Origin: Rhynchobatus australiae
Taxonomy: Eukaryota
Assembly (NCBI GenBank): GCA_034780895.1
Contig: JAUZTB010000079.1
Location: forward strand, 17,998,365 to 18,062,364
Length of the DNA: 64,000 nucleotides
Reading direction: 5' to 3'
Each line of letters begins with the position of its first letter. Within the stretch, counting starts at the first letter, position 1. The notes beneath the pieces are model-generated. The model searched no databases. It was not told the origin of the DNA and saw only the letters and a list, made by a program, of their open reading frames with translations. Positions 49,150-61,949 of the stretch are shown in pieces. Made by a program: the position numbers and the translations under genes.

Positions 49150-49810
49150 GAAGAATATTTCAGATGGTCTAAATCTGAAATAAAAACAGGGAATTTTATC
49201 TTATTAAACCAGGAAGCATCTGTACAGAGAGAATGTTAGTATTTCAGGCTGATGGCCTTTGATAAGAACTGAAATATAAATATTAAGATACAGAGAAGGA
49301 GAATGGGAACAGGGTAGAAAGAAACAAAACAGGAGATTTAGGACAGGATGTAAGGAGGGAGCTAAGATCCACCTTGCAAGGCTATAAAGGATTGTTAAGG
49401 GACAAAAACAAAATATAGGTCTTGGGAAGGGATAAAGGTTAGGTGAAATTGTTTAATTTTGAATCAAGACTATAGTGCATGGAGAACAATGGATAGGTCA
49501 AGTGGGACTAGGACAGAATTGAAACATTGGCTCACTCTTTGTTGCAATAAAGGTGTTCCCTAAAAGGATCACTCCATCTGTACTTGGTTTTCCCTAATGT
49601 AGACAAAACTGCAAATGTACTACAACATACCAAGAAAGTGCAAATCTTTGCTTCACCTGGAAAAAATGTTCAGGGGTCTAAAAGGTATGAAGGGATGAGG
49701 AAGAGAGGTGACGTACCCTGTGAGGGCAAGTGCTGTGGGATGTTTCACAAGGTGATCCACCCATCAAGAATAGAAGCAGAAAACGCACGTGGTATCATAT
49801 CTGAGTCCAA
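49150..49810 (-). mobile_element. Penelope-like remnant with GIY-YIG region
   Basis: Terminal-repeat-like start (gaagcatctgtacagaga...atttcagg) and reverse-complement QVKQRF...YIRENQ similarity near 49550-49660. Confidence 0.5.
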
Positions 49811-52800
49811 CGTAAAACTCAGAAAGCAAGTTTACCATTATGTTTGTTATCATTAATCACCAACAAATTCCTCTTCAATCTTGCACTATCTTTGGCAGCT
49901 GACAGATATGCAGAACCCCACCTTCTCCCATTTCCTTAGTTCAAGCGAGACTTGAAAACATTTGAGTGTTCTGACAAGCTACAAACTGAAATCCTTTAGT
50001 GCAATACAAAGTGATAGTATGCAGCAGCATATAACTGAACAATCTGAAACAAGTGCTTCTCATTCTAGAGAGCAATGTTTGGGCTTTTCAATATATTATA
50101 GAGGGCCAGAATTTGGGAAAAAATGTCATTACGTGTTCGTGTCATAGGATCAGTAAAGTTGTATCAGGCCATAAAAAGGCATCCCCCTGGAGTGGAAAAC
50201 ATTTCTATTTAGAAACAGCTCTAAATTATCCACAGCCCCACACACATCAATAACAAGTCTACACCTAGCACCAAGGATACCCAAATATGCTTCATAACAA
50301 TATTTTTAAACAGCACATTAAATGTAGCAAAAATTCCCCAGTAGTTTGGATAATCAAGTTTAGGCCAAATATAACAAGGGAGACTGTGTTGAATAACTAA
50401 GTCTAGAAGGGTTTCAGCAGTAAATGAACTAATGCAGAACTGAAGCTGGCCACACTACACTGGAAATAGGCAATCTTAATGATGGTGCAAGTATTTAGTC
50501 ATAAGAAACCCTCTGGATCAAGCATAATATCAAAAATAGACTGGTTCAGCCTCAGACAGTTGTCAGGATAAATATGGAACCAATGACCATGGAATAGACT
50601 TTGTGGTTAGGACAGGAGACAAGCATTCTTTTGAGAAGCCCCATTTTGAATCCCAATCAAAATACACACAAGGCTGTGTTACTGGTCCAAGAAAGCAGTG
50701 ATGAAAAACGTTCATTGAAAAGTTGGGTTTTTGGGGTGGATATGTGGACTTAGAGAGGCAGACAAAGGATCAGAGGAAAAGAAGGTCTGTACAAACTAGA
50801 ATCTGTACCGGGGCATCAGATTTGGGTCAGAGCTAGTACCTTGATTTTCTTTACTTTTCAAGATGGAAGTCATCTTTACAACAAGACTAATGAAAGATTT
50901 AAGATGGTATCCACCACATTGACTTTTTGCCAAAAAGCCCATAAAGGGGAACAAGCTTAATCCATTGCATTAGAATCACAGAAGTTTTTCCTTCCTGCAA
51001 ATAAACTGGCTTACCACTAAACATTTACAACCTATCAACCTGCCTACATTGTTTGACACCATTCTCAGGCAATAAAAGACCCTGAAAATATGGACCACTT
51101 TGTTAATCTCGGGAGCCATCCCTCCATTAAGGTGAACAACAATGATGAAATTCACCACCACCTTCAGTTTTTCAGTCAAGAAATGTTATGGTGTGGTTGG
51201 TACTAGTCCCTACTCTTGGAGTTGAAGATCATATCCACTATGCCTATAAATGGACAGAACTTATATTAATTCAGGAAGCAGATGCTTAGTCTCAGAGGAA
51301 GCTGATGATCATGAGAATGTGCAGAGAATAAAATAGAATGGGGTAGGATTCGTGCAAAAATAGGTGCTTGATGATCAGCATGGACTCAAGTGGGCTGAAG
51401 GGCCCATTTCAGTGCCGTATCCCTTTTCTGTGACACCGCCTCTCTGGTTATCGCAATCAGTGTCTTCATTTTTGAAGACGGATAGCATTGTGGACCAAAT
51501 AGCTTACAACAGAATAGAGTCAAAATTATTGACATCAAGGACAGAACCTCAGCCAAGGAGCTCCACTCATCATGGTCAAACAGCTTGAAACATACCTTAC
51601 GGAAGAGATTGACTGTGACTCTGTGAGCATTTGGTCCTTACAGGATCTTGGACAGCACTGAGGAATCTGTTCATGTCATGACTTAAGTGAATTACTGCAC
51701 CTCCTTGCAAACATCAGCAGTTCTTTAGCTTACTGTTTCCTGCAGAGTTAAAAGTGAACCACTGAAAAAAAAACTACATGCAGAAAAGCGCACACATTTC
51801 ATCTGGAGGTACATCTGCTGCGCTACCTGGAGTCTGGGTACTAATAATGCAAGTTATTTAGAGAATATTACAGAAAACATAACTACAGCTTCACAAGAAT
51901 GTGGTCAGATGAAGCAGGGCAAGAGGTAACTCATGAAAGTTATAGATCCTGACATGGCATAGAGCAGTTGGGCCAAATGAGTTTTTTCTCTGCTGTACAA
52001 GCTATGTAATAACATAAATTCCATTGTTGGTCAGCATCCAAGTAAAACATCTTTTTTCATATCTCAACAAGTCTTTAAACATTGCCGTCAAACAAGAAAA
52101 GCTTAGATAATTTGCACCATCTCAATTACACTCAAATATTGCATGAAGTACAGGCGTGGCGCCAAGACAAGTGCCAAATCATACAGCTTTTTGGGATTTT
52201 ATAAGTATGTCCTATCAATTCTAACTGAAGTTTAGGTGAAATATGGCATCTTTTATGTTTCAGAGACTCAAAATCTGCCACAAATTGCAAATAATCAGTA
52301 GCTGAATTTAAGTAAAACCCATACACAGTCCAACAAGGGAAAGTATTCAGCAGCTTTTTCCAATAACGCCAGTCAGGTTACAGTTAAGGTCCTTCTCACC
52401 TGCTGTACAGCATTTTAATTAATGCATCGAACCTTTAACACTCCTTTGATACTGAAAGCAAGGCAGAGGGGAGTCTGAATTTGCTGCAAATTACATCTTT
52501 TTAAAAATGTTTTCTTTTTTTATTGTGCAATTAAAAAGACCCCTTGGGGATAGGCAGAGCAAGAGCAGGAGGGGAGGAAACAGGGAGCAGAGGAGGCAGA
52601 GTTAACAAGCTGCTGACGCATGCACCAATTTGAGACAGGCACCTGTGCAAATAAATATACTGCATTTAAATAACAAATCAGGCTGTGAAATGTCTTTGGG
52701 CTTGGGATTCAGTTGTGACGCACATGAATTTGCACCTGATTGAAGGTCTTGCCCAGCCATTAAACTCACTTGTACCATATGTGACTTGGCACCATCGTGT

Positions 52801-53347
52801 CAGAATCATTCCACAAGTCCTGCAATCAACCTCATCAACATAGAAATATGGCAAGAGTAGGAAAACAAGAAAGGATGTTAAAGGAATGGGGGAAAGGAAA
52901 GGTGGCTTTGGAAGGAAAAAAGTCAGATAGTGAGAATTGAAACCACTGTCACATTAAAAAGGGTTTTTAACTACAGGTTGAAGATCAGTTATAACGCACA
53001 GTTCAATATACATTTCCATCAACACAAGCTACATGGAACGTCAAAAGGCCAGTTTCAGCACTGCCTGTGAAATGTTTAGAGCATAATTTTGAACCTATAA
53101 TTTTTTTGGTCTAGTTTTGTATCTGCCACGTGAAGAAAACCCACCACTATTTTAAGAGATTCCAAATAAAGCTGTGGGACATTTTCATGGATTTTAATGT
53201 TAATTGCATAGAAAAGTGGTCTTTCCCACTAAAATACTTGCTTCCAAAATCTTGCAAATTAACTTGGAAACAAAATTCAACTTTTATGACCAAGTGATGT
53301 GGAAAGAAGACTTAATTAGGATCAAATGCTTCTTGCCACTGCGATAG

Positions 53348-53837
53348 NNNNNNNNNNNNNNNNNNNNNNNNNNNNNNNNNNNNNNNNNNNNNNNNNNNNN
53401 NNNNNNNNNNNNNNNNNNNNNNNNNNNNNNNNNNNNNNNNNNNNNNNNNNNNNNNNNNNNNNNNNNNNNNNNNNNNNNNNNNNNNNNNNNNNNNNNNNNN
53501 NNNNNNNNNNNNNNNNNNNNNNNNNNNNNNNNNNNNNNNNNNNNNNNNNNNNNNNNNNNNNNNNNNNNNNNNNNNNNNNNNNNNNNNNNNNNNNNNNNNN
53601 NNNNNNNNNNNNNNNNNNNNNNNNNNNNNNNNNNNNNNNNNNNNNNNNNNNNNNNNNNNNNNNNNNNNNNNNNNNNNNNNNNNNNNNNNNNNNNNNNNNN
53701 NNNNNNNNNNNNNNNNNNNNNNNNNNNNNNNNNNNNNNNNNNNNNNNNNNNNNNNNNNNNNNNNNNNNNNNNNNNNNNNNNNNNNNNNNNNNNNNNNNNN
53801 NNNNNNNNNNNNNNNNNNNNNNNNNNNNNNNNNNNNN
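53348..53837. other. Assembly gap (largest; others at 8109-8194, 8879-8902, 17533-17542, 38002-38147, 45899-45998)
   Basis: Runs of N. Confidence 0.99.
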
Positions 53838-54629
53838 AAGAAGCAAAGTCCAGGTGTTGAGATAACATACAGCTGCAAATTCAGCTACAATTCAAAAAGG
53901 AAGTAGTCGGTGTACAACATTTAACAATTCTTTCACTCAACACAAGGCCATTATACAACTGGCCCTTTGGTTAAAATAAATTTACTCAGCATAGAGAAAA
54001 GGTTAAAATCTCATGTCTCTGGGTCAACTGAAACTTAATAGCTTATAAAGTATAAAGGGATAAAGTAATGCATCTTCCATGTGTGGAAAGTATTAAAGAA
54101 AGACAACAGCAAATTACTGATGGATCTTTGCTGAAGTCATCAATATAGGGTATTTCATTGCTACAGACATTCATTTGACAAAGGCCTCGCATCATTTCTA
54201 ATAGCTGAATTACACTCTCCCACAAAGACAATTAAAGACCCAGTATTAAAGTACAGATAGGGGATGGGTGGGGGGATGGAGTAGGGGTGGCTTCAGGTCT
54301 CTCCATTGTGCAATATATAAAGTGAACAGGACCTTAAAAGAAATTGAAAACTCTGTGCTATCAACACACTAATAAAACCAAGAATCCCACATTAAATGAA
54401 TAAATAGACAATCAAAAATTGAGATAACACTGAGCAAGTTTAGTGTATAGATTGCAATACAGATACCCAGCTTACATATAAACTCACAGCAGTTGTAGGT
54501 TTGTACTCTGCAATTCTTCCTCCAACTTTACAAAATTTAAACAGGACAAAAGTGTACTTTGCCATACCCACATTGAAGACTTGCTGAAGCTAAGCCTAAA
54601 ATTAATCACAAATAAATAAATCTCCCAAG

Positions 54630-54760
54630 GTGTTGCAGGGAATGGAGGGATATGAATCATGTGCAGGCAGATAGGTTTAGTTCAGTTTGGCATTATGGTC
54701 AGCACAGACATCATGGGCCAAAGGGCCTGTTCCTGTACTGTAGTGTTCAATGTTCTATAT
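54630..54760 (+). mobile_element. CR1-type 3' tail
   Basis: ggtcagcacagacatcatgggccaaagggcctgttcctgtactgtagtgttcaatgttcta. Confidence 0.7.
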
Positions 54761-54994
54761 TCATAAATCAGGTACAGGGCTATTCAACCACAGCAATATT
54801 ACGTTAAATGCACATTGGCCAAAAATTAACAGTCAATCAAGCTAGCAGGCCCTGCACATATCATGGTGGATGAGCTGCAAGAGATGGGCCAAAGTCAGAT
54901 GGAACACAGAGTGAAGCCACAAAGGCGTGAATACTGAATCCATAATCATTTCTATGGGTTACTTCTGAAACTTTCTCATTATCATGTTGTAGCA

Positions 54995-55950
54995 GCTCAA
55001 CACCATCACCCCTCAGTATTAGCCAACAAGCTTCAAAACCTGGGCCTCTGTACCTCGCTCTGCAACTGGATCCTTGACTTCCTTATCAGGACACCACAGT
55101 CAGTGTGGATCAGTGGTAACATCTCGTCCTCGATGAGGATCAACACAAACACACCTGAAGGATGTATGCTTAGCCCACTGCTCTACTCTCTCTACACTCA
55201 TGACAGTGTAGCTAGGCACAGCTCAAACGCTATATTTAAATTCACTGATGCCACCACTGTGGTTGGCAGAATCTCATGGCAACAAGGAGGCATACAGGAG
55301 TGAGATAGATCAGCTGGTTGAGTAGTGTCACAACAACTTTGCACTCAACATCAGCAAGACCAAAGAATTGATTGTGGACTTCTGGAAGGGGAAGTCGGGA
55401 AAACACACCAGTCTTCACTGAGGGGTCAGCGTTGGAAAGGGTGAGCAGCTTCAAGTTCCTGGGCGTCAACAACTCAAAGACTCTTGCAAATTTCCATACA
55501 TGTACGGTGAAGAGCATTCTGACTGGTTGCACCACCCTCGGTATGAAGACTGCAATGTGCAGGATCGAAAGAGGCTGCAGAGGGTTTGCTTGCAGACTCA
55601 GCCACCTCCTTCATGAGCCCAACCTTCCCCACCATCGAGGACATCTTCAAGAGGGGGTGCTTCAAGGCGGCAGCATCCATCATTAAGGATGCTCACCTGT
55701 CAGGACATGCTCTCTTCAGGTTACTACCATTGAGGTGGTGGTACAGGAGCCTGAAGATCCACATTCAACATTTCAGGAACAGCTTCTTCCCCTCCGCCAT
55801 CAGATTTCTGAATGGTCCACGAACACTACCTCGTTATTCCTCTTTTGCACCATTTTTGTAATGTATAGTAATTTTTTATGTCTTGCACTGTACTGCTGCC
55901 ACAAAACAAATTTCACTACATACGTCAGTGATAATAAACTTGATTCTTAT
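54995..55950 (+). mobile_element. Rex1/Babar-clade LINE, 5'-truncated with internal deletion
   Basis: LCNWILDFL, TPEGCMLSPLLYSLYTHDSVARHSSNAIFKFTDATTVVGRI (decayed PQG and FADD motifs), LERVSSFKFLGV, HALFRLLP...FRNSFFPSAIRFLN. Tail: cagtgataataaacttgattct. Confidence 0.88.
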
Positions 55951-56294
55951 TTATCTATTATTGATCTACCTTAAGGAATAGCAGAGAGGTATGCTGTACT
56001 AAACTCATCCTACAAAGCAGTTTGTCCTTTCATTTACTTGATACAACCTGTTCAAACAGCTGTTGACCCGGTGAAAATTGGATCATAGCTGCACCCAGAT
56101 CAAAGCAACACAAAAAACCTTAATTATGTATTTTATTCATTTTGAAATAATATAGTTCTAAATTACTGCCCTAGCAAAATATGCAGAGTCATTTAATAAG
56201 GAGTTGTCAGTCATGTTTCTTGAACCAAAATAACACGTGACTATGTATGACTACTTGATTTGGAATTGGTACAGCTCTGGTGGTTAAACAACTG

Positions 56295-56570
56295 GTAGAG
56301 CGACACACAGGATGGAAACATCCTTCAGCTCGTTGAGTCCACACTATCAACCACCCATTTACACAAACCCTACATTCATCCCATTTTTTAATTTTCCCCA
56401 CATATGCATCAACTCCCCCACCATCCCCAGATTCAACCACTCACCTGCACATTGAGGGATACTTTATAGCAGCCAATTAACCTAGCAAACCATGTGTCTT
56501 TGTAACCAAGCACGAGGTAACCAGAACACATGGAGGAAACTCACGTGGTCACCAGGAGAATGTGAAAATA
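56295..56570 (-). mobile_element. V-SINE (HE1-like) remnant
   Basis: ccaattaaccta...aaccagaacacatggaggaaactcacgtggtcaccaggagaatgtgaaa, with a CR1-like tail on the left. Confidence 0.7.
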
Positions 56571-57619
56571 CTAATAGTCATATTAATCAATGCTTTTCAA
56601 ACCTTAATAGTTAGGACACAAGAACATAAAGAGGACTAAGCCACATGGCCCACCAAGCACTCACCATTATTCAATATGATCATCCTGAAGATGTGAAATA
56701 GGCCACATAAGTGAAAACTATTTCTTTCCTATACTATCAACTCAATATGGAGGGAGAATCAAACTTTGGTCAACTCCCTGCAGTATAACATCATAGAACT
56801 CAAACTTGAGACTTTCAACAATAGTTACAGAATAGAAAGCATCAACATGCAGAGTTAAGGAAGGTGGAAAAGTAGAAAGAAAGAAAAATTAGTCACCAAG
56901 GCAGCATGATTCCTGCTTCACCTTGTAGGATGTCACTACTGAATGTTACTAACTTCCAGTACCCAACCAGACCAACAGCCTCAAGGAAAAAGGTACAAGA
57001 ATAGGGTCAGCTTAAATAAAATGTCATCACTAAATAACTGATTCTAAATAAGGCAAAAAGGAAGAAAGGATGCAATGAAAGTTTGAATGGTAGCCATATC
57101 TTCCCATAAACTATCAAGAAAATCCAGTTCATGAATTCACCCAATTAAATATTAAAACCTAATGGAAAAAAGGTCAACATCTTGATCAAAGAGAATGAGT
57201 ATACAGTTCAAATATCTGTCTGTAGACAAGACAAATTACTTTCATTACAAATCTTAAAGTTAAAAGATTTCTTGGATACAATATTAGCTAAAGAGAATGA
57301 CTGAACTATATTGAAAGCTGACCGATATCTGGAAGGAATTGGAGCATGGCGAACTGCACCTTCAAAGATATTCAAGTTAATAGATCAGACTGAATTTGAT
57401 GTCAAAGGATTGCTCTGTGATGAACCGAGTTCTTAAATGGACATTCTATCAGACTGAAAATCCCATGCTTTTGTGAAGTTACACATTGACTGAAATGCAG
57501 AGGAACTGCAAAATCTGAAAATGAGCTTCATCACTTGTATTCATATTACACCTCTATTTCAGATGAGGTGTTAAACCATGCTCTTAGGATGACGTATAAA
57601 CAATAAAATGATGTGCAAT

Positions 57620-58135
57620 GACACAAGAGGTTCTGCAGATGCTGGAATCTGGAGCAACACCCAAAACACTAAGAGAACTCAGCAGGTCAGGCAGCATTTA
57701 TGGAGGGAAATAAACAGTTGATTTCATCAGGACTAGAAAGGAAGAGGGCAGAAACCAGAATAAAAGAGGGGAGGAGCACAAGCTGACAGGTGATAGGTGA
57801 CTCCTGGTGAGAGGGGGAAGGAGGGATGAGATTCAAGAAGCTGAGAGGTGATGGGTAGAAGAGGCAAAGGGATGAAGGAGGAGGAATCCCATCGGAGAGG
57901 ACAGTAGATCGTGGAATAAAGAGGCGGTGGGGAATAGATGGGCAGGTCACAAGGAATGAAGGGGGGAGGGAGGGGTTACCAGAAGTTCAACTTTCACACC
58001 AATTAATACAAGATATAAAACTGCAACCAAATCATAACCAAGTCAAGATATTGAGGCCAACAAGTTGGAGACTACCAAAGTGAATGAGGTGCTATTCCTC
58101 CAACCAGTAGAGGCAGCTGTGGAAAGACATGTCAA
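57620..58135 (-). mobile_element. Penelope-like element: terminal repeat plus GIY-YIG C-terminus, interrupted by a 65-bp insert
   Basis: ctgcagatgctggaatctggagcaac...aactcagcaggtcaggcagcat, a purine-rich tract, then the reverse complement of LEE*HLIHFGSLQ. Confidence 0.75.
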
Positions 58136-59036
58136 TATGGGAACAGGAAGTGGAATTATGAGCAGTTGGCCACTTAACCCATCGAGCCTGTTCCAGACTG
58201 TACTCTCAACTCCTCTTTCCTGCCTCCCCCAGATAACTACTGACCCCACAGAAAACATTCCATGGCACAATCTCCAGAGCAGCAGTTGTGTTATCATGTT
58301 CACAATCACATTACCTTATTAAGTTGCTGTTTGTGGCAACTTACTGCATGCAAATTAGTTCCCCCTACAGAGTGACTATACTTTAAAAGTACTTCTTCAG
58401 TGTCAGAGTGCTTTGGAATGACAAGTCAATGAAAGTGAATATTTAATTACAAAGTGTTTTTTATCATAAAATGTTCAGGGTTCTTTACAATAGAATTAAA
58501 AACATGATATACTCAGCCATGCACTGGGGTAAATGACCAAATGCTCAGTCAAAAAGAGGTTGATTTTATAAGAACATCTTTTGGAGGTTAAAAAAAATCA
58601 ATTTCAGAGCCTAAACACAGTGTCAGTATTCAGAGGCACCATGAGCAAATGTGAAGTGAATCATTTCACGGACAATCAAAAGGCCCGAAATGAAGAACAA
58701 TTATCTTGAGGGGACATAGAACTGAAGGAAATGAAAGCTTGGTAGGGTAAAGGAACAGAGGGATCTGGAAACAAGAATGACCACTTTGCCAAAAACAAAA
58801 CCCTGCACATGCTGTCTGACTTGCTGAGCTTTTTTTTCCCCAAATTTCCAGCATTTATGGAGAAATTGAGTTTGCGTTTTAGAACGTGAAACCTGAACTT
58901 GCATTTCTCCTCACAAATATTCCCTGCCCTGCAAACACTCCTAGCATTCTTTTACGCAAGCTTGCATTCACGTTCAACCTTCACACCAATTAATACAAAA
59001 TATAAAACTGCAACTAAATCACAACCTAGACAAGAT
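57985..59036 (+). repeat. 65-bp dispersed direct repeat (57985-58049 and 58972-59036)
   Basis: Ungapped alignment with 6 mismatches in 65 bp. Confidence 0.92.
58250..58462 (+). mobile_element. Deu-domain SINE remnant (SacSINE1/AmnSINE1-like)
   Basis: ccatggcac...ttgctgtttgtggcaacttactgcatgcaaattag...agtgactatactttaaaagtacttc...gtgctttggaatg matches my recollection of the Deu-SINE core and tail. Confidence 0.6.
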
Positions 59037-59684
59037 TGAATACATTGAAAACTAGAATACTACATCAGAATGAATGAAAAGAAACCAAATCAAAGGTTTG
59101 GTCTCTGAAGTGTCATCTTAATTGTGCTGCAATATTGCTTCCTCAGCTAGATTCTGCATCCTTTGATACTGAGAGTCTGTGCAGCAAATGTGAAATTACC
59201 TGTACCTAGGTTTCGAAAATTCATTACCATCTTTGTATTTATGATCAAATGGTCCCCAAAAATTAAGGTTTCGGGAAAGGCCATTAAATGAAAACCAAAT
59301 AATTAGGATTTCTAGATTTACTGGAGTGAATTTGTGATGACTAGATTGTATTTTATTCTGATGAACAAATTTAAACAGTGAATTTTTAAAAATCAGTGGC
59401 TGATTTAACATTTATGGCTTCAGCTAATTGAGTTCTGAGTGTTATGAAGGACTGAAATGAATAAATCACATGATTCAGATCACCACAGCTCTCCAGCATT
59501 TATGAATTTCCAATTAGTAGAATGACCTCCAACCTCTTGTTCATGTCTGTCACTATCAACTTAAGGGTTTCAATTTACAGTTACTTACATTGGTTGTGCA
59601 CAGAACAAAAAGGATCTGCTCTGACTCATGCCGCAACCTAACCAAAACTAAGTGAATTAGATGTCCCAAGATGCCTCTTACCGT

Positions 59685-60075
59685 GTTAAGAACATGAATA
59701 CAAGAAATAGATGTAGCATCCATTCATTCAGATCATGACTGATCTCAGCCCCTTTTCTGCATATCCCTTGATTGCATTAATACTGAAAAATCTATCACAT
59801 GCTATTACGAATACCATCATGCAACTGAGCCTCCACATCCCTCTTGGATGGAGAATGCTAAAGATTCTATTCATTCTGAGTTAAGAAAGTTCTTTGCCCT
59901 TAATGGTCAACTCCTTATATGACATTGACCATTGGGTCTAGACACCTGAATCATGTGAACATTATCCCTGCATCTACATTGTCAATCTCCTTGAGAATTT
60001 CATATGTTCTAATGAGATCACCTCTATCGTCTAAACAGAGAACATAACCCCAGTCTACTTCAATTTTCACATATA
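59685..60075 (-). mobile_element. CR1 3' fragment
   Basis: aagaacatgaatacaagaaatag...gcctccacatccctcttggatggagaat...aatgagatcacctct. Confidence 0.65.
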
Positions 60076-61949
60076 AAATCAGATACAAAAGGGGAAAACA
60101 TACAGTGATGGAGTGGAAGAATGGGACTGGCTGGATTATTTTTTTTATATAGAGCTTACATAGACTTGTTGGGCTGAATAGCCTCCCAAAAGAGAATCTC
60201 TCCCTATTCTCTCTGAATATGGAGAGGAAACCTGGCAGAAGGGCAAGGCCATTGACTGCTCATGAGATGAGGATTTCTGCCTCCATCTTTTTAGGCAATG
60301 AGTTCCAAAGGCCTGCAGCATCCCATGTACGTATCTCTAATCCTTCTCCAACTTATCTTAGACCTATAGCACTAGTTATCAATCTTTGGCTAAGTGACTA
60401 CAACACGTGTCATGTAGATGCATTTAAGCTAGTGAATGAGAAAGAAATTGAAAGGCTAAGAACTAAAATGGGTAGGAGTGCACAAGGAGCACTAGCACCA
60501 GCACTGAACTGTTAGCAAACTCTTGTATATAATTCTACACAAGAGATTTGACCAATTTTTAGAACTATTCAAATGTTCAAATACACACGATCAATCATTA
60601 TTTTCAGCACAAGTAACTGAATTAACAAATCAGCAATATGTTTCAACTACAGATACCTTGGTATAAAAGAAATTGCAATAATTCTCCAAAGGAAAATAAA
60701 GATTTTTCAGAATAAATGATTTGAAGATGAAGTTTTTGTTCCAATTAAATGGTTTCACATTGTACCCACACTGAAAACAACACATTTAACCAATTCAAGA
60801 AACTTGATGGAATTTTGACTTTGCTTAATAATGTTACCAACACACTAAGCATATAAAGCACTGATGACACACAGTCACAGTTAAAATTCATACAAAGTCC
60901 TGAAGCCAAAAAGCATTGCCTTGCTTCTAAGATAAACCTGCTATCTCAGCTTCAAAACAGTTTGATTACAGATAAACTACACCCATCAGAAACACTGTTT
61001 ACCAATTCCAATGCAAATTTAAATACAGTCCAAGTTACACCCACATAGCCACAATCTACGTTGTGCTGAAATGATGTATTGCTGATCACAAGAAATGGAT
61101 TTCTACCCAGCAAATGGAAAATTACTAAAAATGGAAAACTTCCTCTCTTGCATTTTGCAAGTAATAATCATGTGGATTTTTCCAACCAGTATACAGAAAT
61201 GCTGAACCTGCCAAACCCCTCAAAATTCAAGGGGATAAAAGCCCTCAATGTTAGCAGCACAGAGTGCTGAACAGTCACTGTATTGTCAATATACAGACCA
61301 GCTGGAATTTCAACTGCAAGCACAAAATGAATAGGTAATTCAAATTAATAATTACACTACAGTCACACTGTGGGAAATGAAACCTCAGTAATATCCCATT
61401 TCAACTGCCCTACATTGGGTAAATTAAAATACTCTAGTCTCTTCTTGATATGCCTTTCAAAACTAGTCGTTCAACATTCCGAAGACCTATATGTTTAACC
61501 TTGTAAAAATTTTGCTGTCCTGGTTTCATTTCCGTAATGATTTGATCCTAATAACCTTCCTCTGGGAAACATTTGCTGCAGCACTTCCTGGCGCTGCAAT
61601 CATTAACCCAGTCTGAGCAGACAGGGATTCCAGTGTTGTCGCAAGAGCTTATTTAGGTATCAAAATACCACAGGAAAAAATTAATTTGTTAATGCACTTT
61701 AAAGTTTTGCCAATGGATGTCTTGCAGGATTCTTAACCACCACCTCCAATTGCTTCCACTGGTTTCTCACTCATGGTTCTGGATCTCAACGACTACCTGC
61801 ATTCCCTTTACTGCAGCGCCTTTTCAAAGTGACTGTGACAATAGAGATACAAATTTTATGAAAATAGGTCAATAACTTTCATTGTGCAGACAGGAAATTT
61901 TCAAACTCGATAAAACCGTGGAAATAATTTCCAAGCAAAGAAGGATCAA

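Noticed and set aside
53284-53878. Long ORFs full of X (also near 38000 and 45900)
   Set aside because: Translation through N gaps.
59190-59260. NFRNLG next to a donor-like site as the end of exon 2
   Set aside because: Wrong splice phase and no upstream propeptide similarity.
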